From assembly GCF_964194155.1 (NCBI RefSeq), contig NC_135891.1:1984001-2048000 (forward strand): a DNA stretch of 64,000 bases, written 5' to 3'. The DNA is from Cetorhinus maximus (taxonomy: Eukaryota). The notes under the pieces are model-generated. The model saw nothing but the letters and a program-made list of their open reading frames with translations, had not been told where the DNA came from and did no database searches. Shown one piece after another: positions 38,380 to 50,894 of this stretch (its first letter is position 1; each line of letters starts with the position of its first letter). The position numbers and the translations under genes were made by a program.

Positions 38380-38757
38380 TTTTATTTACTCTTTCATGGG
38401 GTTTGGGCATCGCTGGCAGGGCCAGCATTTGTCGCTCATCCCAAATTGCCCTTGAACTGAGTGACTTACTAGGCCATTTCAAGAGAGTCAACCACATTGC
38501 TGTGGGTCTGGAATCACATGTAGGCCAGACCAGGTAAGGATGGCGCATTTCCCTCCCTCGAGGGCATTAGTGAACCAGATGGGTTTTTACGACAATCAAT
38601 GATAGTTTCATGGTCACCATTACTGAGACTAGCTTTCAATTCCAGATTTATTCATTTCAATTCCACCAGCTGCTGTGGTGGGATTTGAACGCATGTCCCC
38701 AGAGCATTACCCTGGGCCTCTGGGTTATAGTCCAGTGACATTACCACAAGGCCTCTG
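38380..38757 (-). mobile_element. tRNA-derived SINE, near full length (other copies ~30890-31225+, 17280-17520+, 26180-26580+, 1190-1390+)
   Basis: tRNA-like head with B box GTTC(A/G)AATCCC; core CTGGTTCACTAATGCCCT..AGGGAAGGAAA; 3' tail shared with the second LINE family. Confidence 0.82.
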
Positions 38758-38839
38758 TCTCCCCAAATTGCTGCTCTGCATTGATTGGATGCATCCAGAT
38801 TCAAGTCTACTGAAACTTCTGAGCACCTTTTAACTTTAT

Positions 38840-39484
38840 GGCCAAAACTTTGCTCTCCCACTAGCGAGGGGGGGAGGTGGGGAGGGGGTGTGAAATTGAA
38901 GGGACAGGATTCCCTCGGGATTCCCACCTTCCCCGACCACACAGCGATTTTATGCTGGGGTGGGCAAGGCCTTGGACAGGAAGCCCACCCTTGCCCCAAT
39001 TGAGGCCCTTAAGTGGCCAATTATTGGCCACATAGTTACATCTCGGGTGGGGTGCGCCTCCATCAGAAGCCCCCTTCTGAAGTCAGGTGCCCCCTCCAAG
39101 GCCCAGTGGACTCCGGACCTTCCTTCACCCCCAGCCTCTCTCTCAAGACCCCAATCACCCCCTTTACACCCCCACAAGGTCTTTCCTATCCTCACCCCTC
39201 CCGCCTTCCCCCACCCCAATCTTGAACTTACCTGGGCCTCCAGTGTCCAGACTTAGGCTCGGACACCCTCCTGCATTTCTTCTCCTGTCCACTGCAGATT
39301 GGCCGGCAGCTCCCTGAGACTGGACTTCCTCCCGAGCATTGAGCAGAAGCCCTGCCTGCAGTCACTTAACACTCATTGGAGCGTGAAGTGGCTGGGAGGC
39401 ACTCGGGGTTGGCGGGGATGAGTTCCCCACTGACTCTTCAGATGGCAGGAAGCGAGACCCCCCACCATCCGAAAAATTCAGGCC
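38840..39484. mobile_element. Harbinger-type MITE
   Basis: GGCCAAAACTTT ... AAAATTCAGGCC with exact TAT TSD. Confidence 0.7.
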
Positions 39485-39559
39485 TATTGTTCACTGTTTC
39501 AACATGCCCAGTGCTTGCTGTCTGCCTTTCTTCCTGTGTGAAAGTCTTTACTCTTGTCT

Positions 39560-40263
39560 GCATTAAGAGTTCTTGGAACATATGTACACAAATCATTGAG
39601 GGTGGCAGGGCAGTTTGGAAAAATGGTTAAAAAGACATAAAGGATCCTGGCCTTTGTACATAGAGGCTTGGAGTACAAAAGCAAGGGAGCTATAATGAAC
39701 CTTTATCAAATACTGGGTCAGCCAATCCTGGGCGCGCATTTTAAGAAGGATGTGAAGGCTACAGAGAGGGTGTACAAAAGATTTACAAGAACGTATCCAA
39801 GGAAAAGGGACTTCAGTTGTGAGGATAGATTGAAGAAGCTGGGGTTGTTCTCCTTGGAGAAGAGAAGGTTGAGAGGAGATTTGATAGTGGTGTTCAAAAT
39901 CATTAGGGGTCTGGACAGAGTAGATTGGGAGAAACTGTCCTCATTGGTGGGAGGGTTGAGAACCAGAGGATACAGGTTTAAGGTGATTGGTAAAATAATC
40001 AAAGACAACATGAGGAAAACCCATTTTCTGCTGCTGATGGTTGGGATCTGGAATGCGGTGTCTGAGGGGGTGGTGGAGGCAAATTCAATTGTGGCTTTCA
40101 AAAGAGAATTGGATAAGTACTTACAGAGAAAAAAATTTGCAGGGCTTCAGGGGGAGGGTGGCGGAGTGGCACTAGCTAAATTGTTCTTGCAGTGAGCTAA
40201 CATGGATACAAAGGGCTGAATGGCCTTCTTCTGTGGTGTGACCATTCTATGATTTTATGATTC
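39560..40263 (+). mobile_element. CR1 LINE 3' fragment with (ATTCTATG)-like tail
   Basis: LGLFSLEKRRLRGDLIVVFKII...RTRGY; tail ctatgattttatgattc. Confidence 0.92.
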
Positions 40264-40455
40264 AGACAGTTGGGATAAATGGGTCATTTCCTGGTTGGCA
40301 AACTATCTACAACAGGGGTTAGTGTTGCTGTCTCAACTATTTACAATGTACGTCACCAGCTTGGATGAAGGGACCAAGTGTGTTGTAGCCAAAGCTGCTA
40401 CTGATACAAAAATAGATGGGAAAGCAAGTTTTAGGAGAACATAAGAACATAGAGA

Positions 40456-41898
40456 AGCCTGATTTTTTTTGCAATGATGGCGAGTTTCTCTGTTGTTGTG
40501 AAAATGGGGGAAGAAACTGAAATACTGAGCACCCCTCCCTAGCAACACCCCCACAATGCTCTGAAACAGGGCACCTACCATTTTCATAGGGGAAGGAATG
40601 GGCCCAGATTAGGATTTGTGCATGCACGTTTCACAGAGGCAGCTACCCATATAAAACAACAGCTGCCTACACTCACGTGTGATTTTCATTAGCCAGGAGT
40701 AGTAAATACGACCTGTGATGATCAGATCTGGTCTAATAAGAGCAGGACCAAACATTGAAGGAGTGCTTTGGAGAGGTTGGGTACTTTTTTTTAGAGAGAT
40801 AGGGTACCCCTTTGGATATGGTCCTGGGACACCTTTGGAGAGGTTAGATGCCCTTTGGGAGAGGTAAGGTGCCCTTTGCATTGTTAAAATTGGACATGAA
40901 TATGCGTAAAAAGTGTATAAGCTCATTGGAACTGTCAATAGAGCTGCCAAAACTGTCAAAAGTATCTAGAGGAACTGTCAAGAGGTTCTGTCAAACTTTT
41001 AAAATTGCCAAAAATGTCAAAAACAACTGTCAAGCTGTCAAGGCATTTGAAACCCCTGGCCTTTACATCTTTGAAAAACTGTGTGCAATGTTAGCAAAAA
41101 ATCATTGTTTGCTATAAACCTGAGGGTTAGCATTACTGGATTAGTGTTGCATGACTAATTTCAGAACCTTCCATTATCATAATGGGATGCCTTCCATTTC
41201 ACAGTTTGATTGACAGCTTCAAGCGTTTATAGACCCTTTGAAGTGGGACTATGAATTCCAATGTTTGTTTTTTAGAAGGGATTAAGCACTTGAATGAAAT
41301 GTTTGTTCTCATAGGGATTATGAAGTTGAAGGAATGTAAATGTAGTGAATAGGTTTTTATGAATGAGAGTTTTTTTAAGAAATAAATTATGCAACAGGCA
41401 GTTAGAACTTAATTTTATTTAATTTCAGCATGCCTCTTAAGGTCAGCCCATGCTGCATACTGGGTGAGTTGACATGGCAGATGATAGGGCAAAGAGTGGT
41501 GGGTGGGGGGCATGGGTTGGCACTAAATTGGCATAGGTGCTATAAAGGGCCTTGGGAGTGGGAAGAGGGGCATAGGTTGGCATAAAGGGTATGAGAGGTT
41601 ATGGGAGTTGAGTGGAGAGGCTTGTGTTGGCATGGAAGACATGGGGTGTGTGTGAAAGGGTGAGGGGGTATGGGTTGAGGGCTGCTTTTTTGTTTTAATG
41701 CTTTTTTGCACCGAGGTGGCCCTTCAGCCCAGCAGCCTCCACACCCCTTCTGCGGGCGCCTGGCCCGACTCCCACAGATTCCCACCGCCCCCCAGGATGA
41801 AACTCCTCATTTCCAGGGCACTTTCGCCCAGGTCAGGCCCGGGGAGTCAGGGAATGTCCAGACTCTGCGCTCCCGAGCCAGGAGCGAAACTTCAGGTC
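40456..41898 (-). mobile_element. Longer copy of the 4570-5656 family, splitting a CR1 ORF2 fragment
   Basis: Both ends are the reverse complement of the ends of 4570-5656. CR1 sequence resumes at 41899 (aaagagtttgcaaagggatatagataggtt). Confidence 0.8.
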
Positions 41899-42625
41899 AA
41901 AGAGTTTGCAAAGGGATATAGATAGGTTCAGCAGGGGTGGGGTTTGGCAGATGGAATATCAGCTGGGATTTTCTGGTCCCACCCGTGGCTGGACCGGAAA
42001 ATTTGGAGAGGAGCCAAATGTCCGTTGACTTTGGGCGGGAATGGCAGCACTGGTAAATCCCACCCTCCGTGGGAAAATGGTACATTATCTATTTTGGCAA
42101 AAAGGCTAAAAGTGTATTTTATTTAAATGGTGAGAAATGAGGAGGCTGGAGGATGGTTTACTAGGTTAAATCCTGGAATGAAAGGAAAGGTTGAGCAGGC
42201 TGGACCTAAACTCATTGGGGTTTAGAAGAATGAGGGGTGATCTTATTGAAACATATAAGATTCTGAGGGGGCTTGACCGGGTAGATGCTGAGACGTTGTT
42301 TCCCCTTGTGAGGGTATCTAGACCTAGGGACATGGTTTCAAAATAAGGGGTGTCCCATTTAAGACAGAGATGCGGAGGAATTACTTCTCTCAGAGGGTGG
42401 CGAATCTTTGGAACTCTCTACCCGAGAGACCTGTGGAGGCTGTGTCGTGAGTATGTTCAAGGCTGAGACAAATTTTTGAACTGTAGGGGAGTCAAGGGTC
42501 GTGGGGAACAGGCAGGAAGGTGGAGTTGAGGCCACAATCAGGTCAGCCATGATCCTATTGAATGGCGGAACAGGCTTGAGGGACTGAATGGACTACTCCT
42601 ACCCCTAATTCTTATGTTCTTCTGA
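41899..42625 (+). mobile_element. CR1 fragments continuing 40265-40450, with a small TIR insert ~41960-42080
   Basis: FRRMRGDLIETYKILRGLDRVD and CR1 3'UTR. Confidence 0.8.
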
Positions 42626-45035
42626 TTCTAAATTCCATCTGCCATCCTTCTGCTCATTCACTTACCTTGTCCAGCATTCCACAATTTCAATTCCACTCTT
42701 CCTCCTAGTTTGGTTTCACCTACAAATCTGACCAATTTGAGTTGAGTTTGCGAATTTCAAAGCTCTCTGTCTGTAACTCAGCCAACGTCTGTAGCAGCCT
42801 CCCCTGTCCCCGACATTGGGAACTCTTTTAACGTACAATGGCAGAAGATTATTTTCTGCATGAAGAGAACAAAGGAGTGAAAGCAGGACGCTCGGTAGCA
42901 TCTGGAAGTATTACACTGGGCAAAGTGAATGTCTTCAGCTACCTGGAGAGTTCTGACCTTCAAACGAAAAGGTTAAATCTTAAATTGAAGAGTTTAGAAT
43001 TTATGATTCATATTTACTTAAATGACAAGTGAGCACATCAAACCTGCCTGGGAAAATATAAATAATCTGGGAACAAAAATGAAAAACAATATCAGGCATC
43101 TACAAGATGGAACAATCGAAATGACTTGTACGCTGCAGTGTTGCAGAGCTATTCCCAATCTGTGTGGGTTGAATTGAAAAAACTCTATTAAAAAACACTT
43201 GAATGACTGAGCAGAGAATTCATTGCTGGTGATCTCTGTGGCTGGGCCAATATTAAGAGTCAGATTGTGGCTGACAAAATGACTTCTTTGTATTCATCTG
43301 TCTTCCTCGAAAAACCCAGGGAATTGTTCAAAATCTTAAACATGCCTTGATATATGCAAAACGAGCCTCCGATTTGCATACATATTTTGAGGAGCGTTCA
43401 CCATTAGGATGGACCATGCAGTGGAGAATTAATCTCTATAAACGGAATTAACTGTTTCATTGGACGACATTTTTCCCACAAATTTGGTGCTCGTTGCAGA
43501 AATTTGCACTGGGGAGGACTGAGCATTTAAACCAGCGTTCGGGCTCTCCCAACCTCTGTTCCATTTAGATTTTTTTTCTGTTGTTTTCATACGCACCTCC
43601 CCCACTCTCTCTGCTTTTCCAATTGTGTCCACACACTGCATCTCCAGCCTGAATCGCTATGGCAACAGCTGATTCTGCTCCACAATTCAGCACAATTCTT
43701 CTCAAAGACAACAGCCTCTCCAACGATTGGCTATTGTGAGGCAGACTCGTGTCCACAAGAGTGTCTGTACAAAGTGCAAAACCCACTTATTTAGTAACTT
43801 GTGAGGAAATACTTTCAGCAATGTTTTTGAGAAGTAATAAAGGAAGAGAAAAAAAATATATCAATCATCAAATCTCAGACGGGAATGACCAGGGACTTGG
43901 CTAAAGTAGAATACATTACGATAGCTGGAGCTGACATGCAGTGACTGTGGAAGATTGGACACTCTTGAATCAGTCCTCTGTGACCCCAGGTAAATATAGG
44001 AATATCAATCAGGGTTCCCACACCTGATCACTATCCAAACAGACATGATAGAAAGCTAGTGCATATGGACATGTGCTCTGAAAGAACCCACTGACACTCC
44101 GGATAACAAAGTGATTGACACAGAGAGGAAGGGGTAAAATTGGAGGGTAAAAAGAGGCAAAGAATACTTCAGCTTTGTTATGTTGGGCCAGAGTTCACTA
44201 CAGAGTTTATCTACAACCCTACATTTGCAACCATTGTGCATACTCTATTTGGACTCAATATATCACAAGAACCTAAATCTTCAATTAAATTTCATCTTTC
44301 CTTTCTTACCAAACAGTTCTGATACATCCCTTATTGTTGCTATAGACATCTTCCTTATATTTCACATCTGAGTTCAGGGCATGTTTCCTAGAACTCTTCT
44401 CCTTAGTTGAATGGTGAACATTCCTTCCTCGATTTACTTCCCTTAAGTTAACCCTTCCTTGGCTTGTTGAAAGACAAATAAATATTTCACAAACTAGTCA
44501 CTCGAAGATATACAAAATGGGGCAGAATTTTACCCCTCATGAGTAAGCACTCGCCCAACCTGATCGGGTGTAAAATGGAGCGAGAGGACATCAGGTGAGC
44601 GTCCTGACTTCATCCCGCACACGAGCAATCTTCAGGTCGGCAGGCGCGCGCGGGTGTCGGAGCTGTGCCCGCCATCCATTAGGAGGTCACCTAAGGCCAT
44701 TAAAAACCCAATTGAAGCCAATGTTATGTTGTCCGTGCGATTTTGCGCTCGTCACACGGACAAAACGGGCAGGTGGGCAGCCCGCATTTTGAAAAACCTC
44801 ATCCAAGGGTGGGATAAAAAGGGTTATCAGCATTGCCAGTGTGAGTAGTGAGGAGTTTAGGAGATAGTTTGCTGCTGGTTGCTTATTTGAACTTGACAGC
44901 TTCATCTCTGTTCTGAGCTTCAGTCTTAGCATTTCTAGGCTCCATTTCAGGGCCCATTGGTGTCTCCAAGGCCCCCGGAGGATTCAGACCATGTGGATCC
45001 TTCCAGGTATCAGACAGCCTTCCCTTACCCTGGGA

Positions 45036-46345
45036 ATGGGGATTGTGGTCTCTGCTGGAGGCACCTCCTCTGAGGAGGGAGAGAGGGGCAGAAGGGAGAG
45101 GAGGCCGGGTGTCCCAATGCAGCTTCCAGGGGAGGGACCTGTGGGAGGAGAGGCGCAGGCACAAGGGGCGCAGGGTCAGCAGGGAGTCCAAGGTGGAAGG
45201 GGCTGCAGAAGATGCCACTATCCTGCTGCCAGGGTTTACAGGTGGCGATGCAGCTACCTCAATATGTCTGAGGTGCAATGCTGAAGGAGACTCCGTCTCT
45301 CCAGGGAGACAGTGACCTCCATCTGTCAGAGGATCAGCCCTGACATCAGCTCCGACTGTGTGGATGGACACCCCATGTCAGTGGCTCTGAAGGTCACAGT
45401 GGCCTCAACTTCTATACCTCCGGCTCTCTCCAGGGGTCAATGGGGGAATCTGTGTGGAGTCTCCCAATCAGCTGTCCACAGTTGCATCAAGGTGGAGACA
45501 GAAGGTAATCATCCATTAACAGGCCACTTAAGGCCATTAAAAACCCAACTAAAGCCAATTTTGCGTTGTGAATACCTGGTGTTCAGGCAGGTAATGACAT
45601 TTATTCATTACCGTATGGATGAGGCCAGCCAGGCTGAGATAGCCAGAGCCTTCGCAGTGATTGCTGGGTTCACCCACATCCAGGGTGCTATCGACTGTAC
45701 ACATGTGGCCATCAAGGCGCCAGCGGGTGAGCCTGGTGCCTTCATCAACAGGAAGGGCTTCCACTCCATGAACGTGCAGATAGTGTGTGATCACAGGATG
45801 CAGATTCTACAAGTCTGTGCAAGGTACCCAGGCAGCTCCCACGACGCCTACATCCTCAGACACTCCCAGGTGCCGAGGCTCTTCAGTGCTCCAGCCCAGC
45901 TGGATGGATGGCTGCTGGGTGACAAGGGCTATCCCCTCAGAAGGCGGCTCATGACGCCTCTCCGCCATCCAAGAACAGAAGCTGAGCAGCGGTACAATAG
46001 GAGTCAATATCACCACAAGGGCAGTGATAGAGAGAACCATAAATTTTCTCAAGATATGCTTCCGATGCCTAGACTATTGAGGAGGAGCACTACAATCTCC
46101 CCCAGAGTGGGTGTCACTGACAGTGGTTGCAGGCTGCACTCTCCACAATCTGGCACTGGCAAGGGGGGACCCACTGGAGGAAGAGGATCTTGATGCAGCT
46201 CCACAGGCCACAGAGGATGAATCCAGTAGTGAGTCAGAAGAGGAGCACGGGGAGGAGAACGCTGAGGGCTGGAGCCAGACCTCAGTAACCTGCAGGGAGG
46301 CAGGGACACCAGGGTTGATCCAACGCTCCTTCAGCTGGGCTGCCA
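45036..46345 (+). pseudogene. Harbinger (HARBI1-like, DDE_Tnp_4) transposase, disrupted
   Basis: Motifs RRLRLSRETV, ALKVTVAL, GVSQSAVH, GAIDCTHVAI, NRKGFHSMNVQIVCD, YPGSSHDAYIL, WLLGDKGYP. After a frameshift near 46005: TRAVIERTI..LK..FRCLD and CTLHNLA plus an acidic tail. Internal stops and frameshifts. Confidence 0.92.
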
Positions 46346-46699
46346 ATGATCAGCTTCAACCACAGGCCAGGGCTGCTGCCTCCATCCCGGGTATCTGAAA
46401 TGCCCCTGTCACATGAACCCAAAGTCCACTCAGTGCCTGTGCAATAAAGTTTACAGCCACTCACGGCCAGCGTTACACACTGGCGTACCCCGCACCAAAA
46501 ACAGAACAAGGTGAAGCATGCTCAGGCCACAATGACAAAAAGAAAATTTATCTCATTTTGACAATCCAAAAAAATGCACATAACCTTCTCTGGTCTTCAT
46601 TCCCAGAGCAGTAAACATAAACAAAACATTACACAACAGAAGATCACCGTGACCTGTGCCTCTCGTGCTTTAAGTTTATGTTTGAAAGTGTTATGTTTT

Positions 46700-48560
46700 G
46701 GCGCCCCCCACTACACCCTCCCACCTCCTCGCTGGCAGCGGCATTGGAGACAGCTGCTGACTCTGCTGTCCTGTTGGCCTTGGCGGGTGTCCTCTGCCCG
46801 TGGAGCCTGTGCTGGCCCCGCCTGGGAGGGAGCGGCCAGTGCTATGCCTGGCATCTCCCCAGTCATCGCAGCCTCATCAGATGCCACAGTCACTGGCAGA
46901 GGGGCAGAGGAGCTGCTGCCATCATCCGGAGCGCCCTGAGAGGAGCCTGTAGAGACGACAAGCAGCTCGTGCGCCAACGTGAGGTCGCCCTGGACCTCCC
47001 TGCTCACCATTGATGGACGGGCACCTGGCTAGGATACTGGGTGCCCAATCCATCTCCCACACGGTCACTGACCACCTGAGCTCAGTGCCAGTGTGAGGGC
47101 TGCAGGTCCGAACGCAGCCCCAGGAAGCCCTGATTCTGTCCCTGGAGCTGCCTCTCCATGAGAGTCACCACTGTCCCAATGGAGGAGGCAGTGCGCTCGG
47201 CCATGAGGGTCAACGCAGTGCTCACGCTCCACATGGACTCCTCCATCATCGAGACCATGGCACGCAGACCCTCATGGATCTCCACCAGATCCTCCCACAC
47301 ATCCCGCTGGACATCCAGCACCTGCTGCCTAATGGATGACTCCAGAGGCTCTTCACCTGCCTCTGACTGAGCATCGTCCTGATTCCCAGCAGTCCTCCGA
47401 CTGCCGGCGTCCTGGGCACTCTGCCTCTGCCTGCTCCTCAAGCGAGTGTGAAGTGCTCTCACCGCTGTTTGCCGAGATTCTAGATGAGTATCTAATGCCC
47501 ACTGAGGTGCTGGTATCTGCGCTAGTGCCTGGTTCAGAGACTGGGTGTGAGGCAGGTGCAAGTGAAGCCTGGTGGTCCTCTGGTGTCAGGAGTGACCCTT
47601 CGGGGTCCAGAGAGTGAGTGCGTGGTGGAAAATCTAAAGGAGAACAAGGACATGTCATTAGTTAAAGTCCTCACGCTGTCACTGTGCCAAGCACCCTGGT
47701 GAGACAATGGAGATCTTCATCATGGTGCCCTTGTCTTCCAATGATCAATGGGGAATCCAGTTTTGAGGATTCCATCAATGGTGAGACTACACGAGAATGT
47801 TTGCAGCTCTCACCTCAGTACACCGCACTCGCACCTTCATCCAACAGCCCAGCATCTCCACAGCCAGTTGACCAAGGTGGGTGGTGGCTCTCCAGCTCCA
47901 AGGCATCCTGCTCGAATCTGGATTGGATTAGGAGGTTTTGGGGGCCTCTGCCTGTCCACAACCTCTCAATGTTGTTATGGGTCATCTTCTCCTGGAAGGA
48001 CAGAGGAGCATTGGTTAGTCCACTCTCTACCTGCAGCGCCATTGCAGCCTGGCCAACCCCAGCTGAGGGACACCTCACAGGGCACATCTGAGTCGTGGCC
48101 CTCAAGCCGCAAGACACTCAGTCCAAGCTGCCAGGGCTCACCCACTTGGTCAGCTCCGGTGTCATTGACATTTGGCACTCAGACTCTAGCAGCCCTGAGG
48201 TTCATGGGAGAGACGGCCAGTCCTTAACACTTCACCACACTGATCCATGCCAACACGGCACTGACCCTTCCTGAGCGCAGCAGCTGGTTAAACCTCTTGT
48301 GGCACTGGACCCATGTGCGCCGCACCACATCATGGCCGCTGACCACCACTGCCAGCTCCTCCCAAGCTCTTTTTGTTAGGTGCAGTGGCCTCCTCCTTCC
48401 ATCCCTGGGGACAAGGGTGTCCCTCCTGGCAGCTCATCAGAAAACCGGCGGTGGGGTGGCCGAGTGCCCACCGGACCTGCCCTCCCACCTGTCATCTCCT
48501 GTCGCACTTGAGGCCGTAGCTTTGGTCTTCAGAACACTGCAAGTATGTTCTTCCCTGGTT
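46700..48560 (-). pseudogene. Harbinger Myb/SANT-like DNA-binding gene (multi-exon), disrupted
   Basis: Minus strand reads ...RFSD..AARRDTLVPRDGRRRPLHLTKRAWEELAVVVSGHDVVRRTWVQCHKRFNQLLRSGR, then a gtcagt donor (exon ends 48266). Next exon EKMTHNNIERLWTGRGP...EQDALEL (~47830-47990). Coiled-coil-like segment ~47080-47400. Start and end approximate. Confidence 0.8.
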
Positions 48561-49094
48561 GCCTTCAAGGAGCTGCCTGGGCCCTTTATAAACCGGCCAC
48601 CAGGTCGCCATTGGACCCAGCGGCCAACAAACCCCCACCTCCGCCCAGCCCAGCCCTTCCCAACCATTAGGGAGACGCTGGGCGAGACTTGATTGGGCAG
48701 TGGCCGGGAGCCGATTGCGGGTGGCGGGTTTCCCCACCGGCCACGGGCCCATCGATCGCGCCCGCCCGCCCACCAAGGGTAAAGCTCAGGCCATTGTGTA
48801 AAATCTGAAAAGTATCGTTTCACAATACGTGTGCACCAGTATGGGACAAACTAATATTAGACAATAAACCTGCCTCCGCTGGGATAAGGTTTTACTCCAC
48901 AATAGTAAACAGTTAGAATATATTGTATACCCAGCAAAAAAAAAAGTTTGATAAATATCAGGATAACAAAGGACTATCAGAGGGACATTCATAGACAGAA
49001 TATTCAAAGGAACTGATATTAATAGGACAGCCTGGGTTGCTTGTTTTGTAAGGAGACATGAAACCAATCTTGCACACAGTAAGGTGTCACCGGC

Positions 49095-49210
49095 CCACTA
49101 GGCGATGAATGTGTTTCAGTGATGCTGGGTGAAGGGCACAATTTGAATACAACACAAGGTGGATTCCTCACTGTTCTTTTGAAATGCGCCATGGGATTTT
49201 TTACATCGAG
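49095..49210 (-). mobile_element. Deu-domain SINE remnant (others ~12490-12790+, 7690-7790+)
   Basis: Reverse complement GATGTAAAAAATCCCATGGCGCATTTCAAAAGAACAG... resembles the Deu-SINE core as recalled. Confidence 0.6.
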
Positions 49211-49229
49211 GTGCACAGGCGTATGGAGA

Positions 49230-49729
49230 GCACCACCAACAGTGCAGCACCCCCAACAGTGCAGCACCTCCAACAGTGCAGCACCTCCAACAGTGCAGCA
49301 CCCCCAACAGTGCAGCACCTCCAACAGTGCAGCACCTCCAACAGTGCAGCACCACCAACAGTGCAGCACCTCCAACAGTGCAGCACCTCCAACAGTGCAG
49401 CACCCCCAACAGTGCAGCACCCCCAACAGTGCAGCACCCCCAACAGTGCAGCCTCCAACAGTGCAGCACCTCCAACAGTGCAGCACCTCCAACAATGCAG
49501 CACCTCCAACAGTGCAGCACCTCCAACAGTGCAGCACCTCCAACAGTGCAGCACCTCCAACAGTGCAGCACCACCAACAGTGCAGCACCTCCAACAGTGC
49601 AGCACCTCCAGCAGTGCAGCACCACCAACAGTGCAGCACCACCAACAGTGCAGCACCTCCAACAGTGCAGCACCACCAACAGTGCAGCACCACCAACAGT
49701 GCAGCACCTCCAACAGTGCAGCACCACCA
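49230..49729. repeat. 17-bp minisatellite (CCAACAGTGCAGCACCT)n, ~29 units
   Basis: Direct reading; variants ACCT/ACCA/ACCC. Confidence 0.98.
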
Positions 49730-50894
49730 TCCCAGGGATCAGCCGAGTGAACCTTCTCTGAACTCCTTCTGACGCGTTTATATCCTTTCTTAAATAATGA
49801 GGCCAAAACTGTACACAGCACTGTAGAATGTGGTCTCACCAAGGCCCTCTGGAGCTGCAGTAAAACTTCCCTACTTTTATATTCCATTCCCCTTGCAATA
49901 AACAGCAACATTCCATTCGCCTTCCTGAGCACTTGCTGTACCTGCCATTGGTGATGTTCCAATGCACCTGTGATGGAAGCACCACCTCAGAGAAAGGCCC
50001 AACTGTGACCTTCCTGTTTCCCACACCAGCCGTCTCCCTGAGTGAGGCTGCCTGCTCGTTGGCAGTTTGACAGTTCCTTTCGTATAAAAGCTAAGTTGTC
50101 ATTTTTCACCCAATTTATTAAGAATTATTTAAAGGGACAAATGCACCATCTGAATATAGCTATAGTTAATCATGGATTTGGCATCAATTGGCATTTGTAC
50201 AAGAGAGTTCCAAACTACCACCCTTTGGGTGATGAACTATTTTCCAATTTCACTCCCAGAATGCCAGGCTCTAATTTTTAGACTGTGGCCCCGAGGTCCT
50301 TCTGGGTGGTAGAGGTCACGGGTCGGAAACGTGCTGTTCACCACTGTGGCCCTGGTCAAATGAAAGCAAACTCATTCCCTTCCTGCAGACCCAAAGCCCA
50401 CAGAACAAAATGGTCCAGCACAGGTTGAGGTGTCATTCGGAAGTTGTCGTACTACCAACACTAAGGGTACATCTGCTGGGCCCAGAACACATACTGTTAG
50501 CTTAGAAGTTTAGTATTGCAGCTGGGCTATTTTATAGATGACCTAAGCTGCACAACAGAATGGAACTCATATTAAAGAGCTGCAGTCTAGCAGTGCTGCT
50601 GACTGGGAAACCTCAAAAGCACAGCCTGTGAATTTCCAGCCCTTGAAATGGAAAGATTGAGGCCGCAAAATTCTAACCACAGCTCCCTGTCATTGTTAGG
50701 CCACCAAGGGAGGAGTCCTAGTATGGAACCTGAGCACAGGATAACCAAAACAAAAAAATATCCTGACCTTTACTGGAATATCTCATTGTTCTATCTTCTC
50801 TTCTGAATACTTCTAATCTGTTTGCGATATGTCTTTGTCTTCCCGCTACAGATATCTCTTTGTTCTACTCTCTCCATGTAAATATCTCCATGGC

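Larger units (their letters stand above)
44520..48792 (+). mobile_element. Near full-length, decayed PIF/Harbinger DNA transposon (~4.27 kb)
   Basis: Left TIR GGGCAGAATTTTACCC; right end GGGTAAAGCTCAGGCC (imperfect inverse); flanks ATG/ATT. Contains a + strand DDE transposase and a convergent - strand Myb/SANT gene. Confidence 0.88.

Noticed and set aside
45312-46193. Domesticated HARBI1 gene
   Set aside because: Frameshifts and stops, flanking TIRs and a partner Myb gene show it is a decayed transposon.
49230-49729. CRISPR-like appearance of this array and of 29710-30060
   Set aside because: Head-to-tail repeats with no unique spacers, no cas genes, and a eukaryotic context.
49019-49962. 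200-250 aa ORFs on both strands, including a CR1-repeat fusion
   Set aside because: They arise from the 17-bp tandem array plus an adjoining CR1 fragment.
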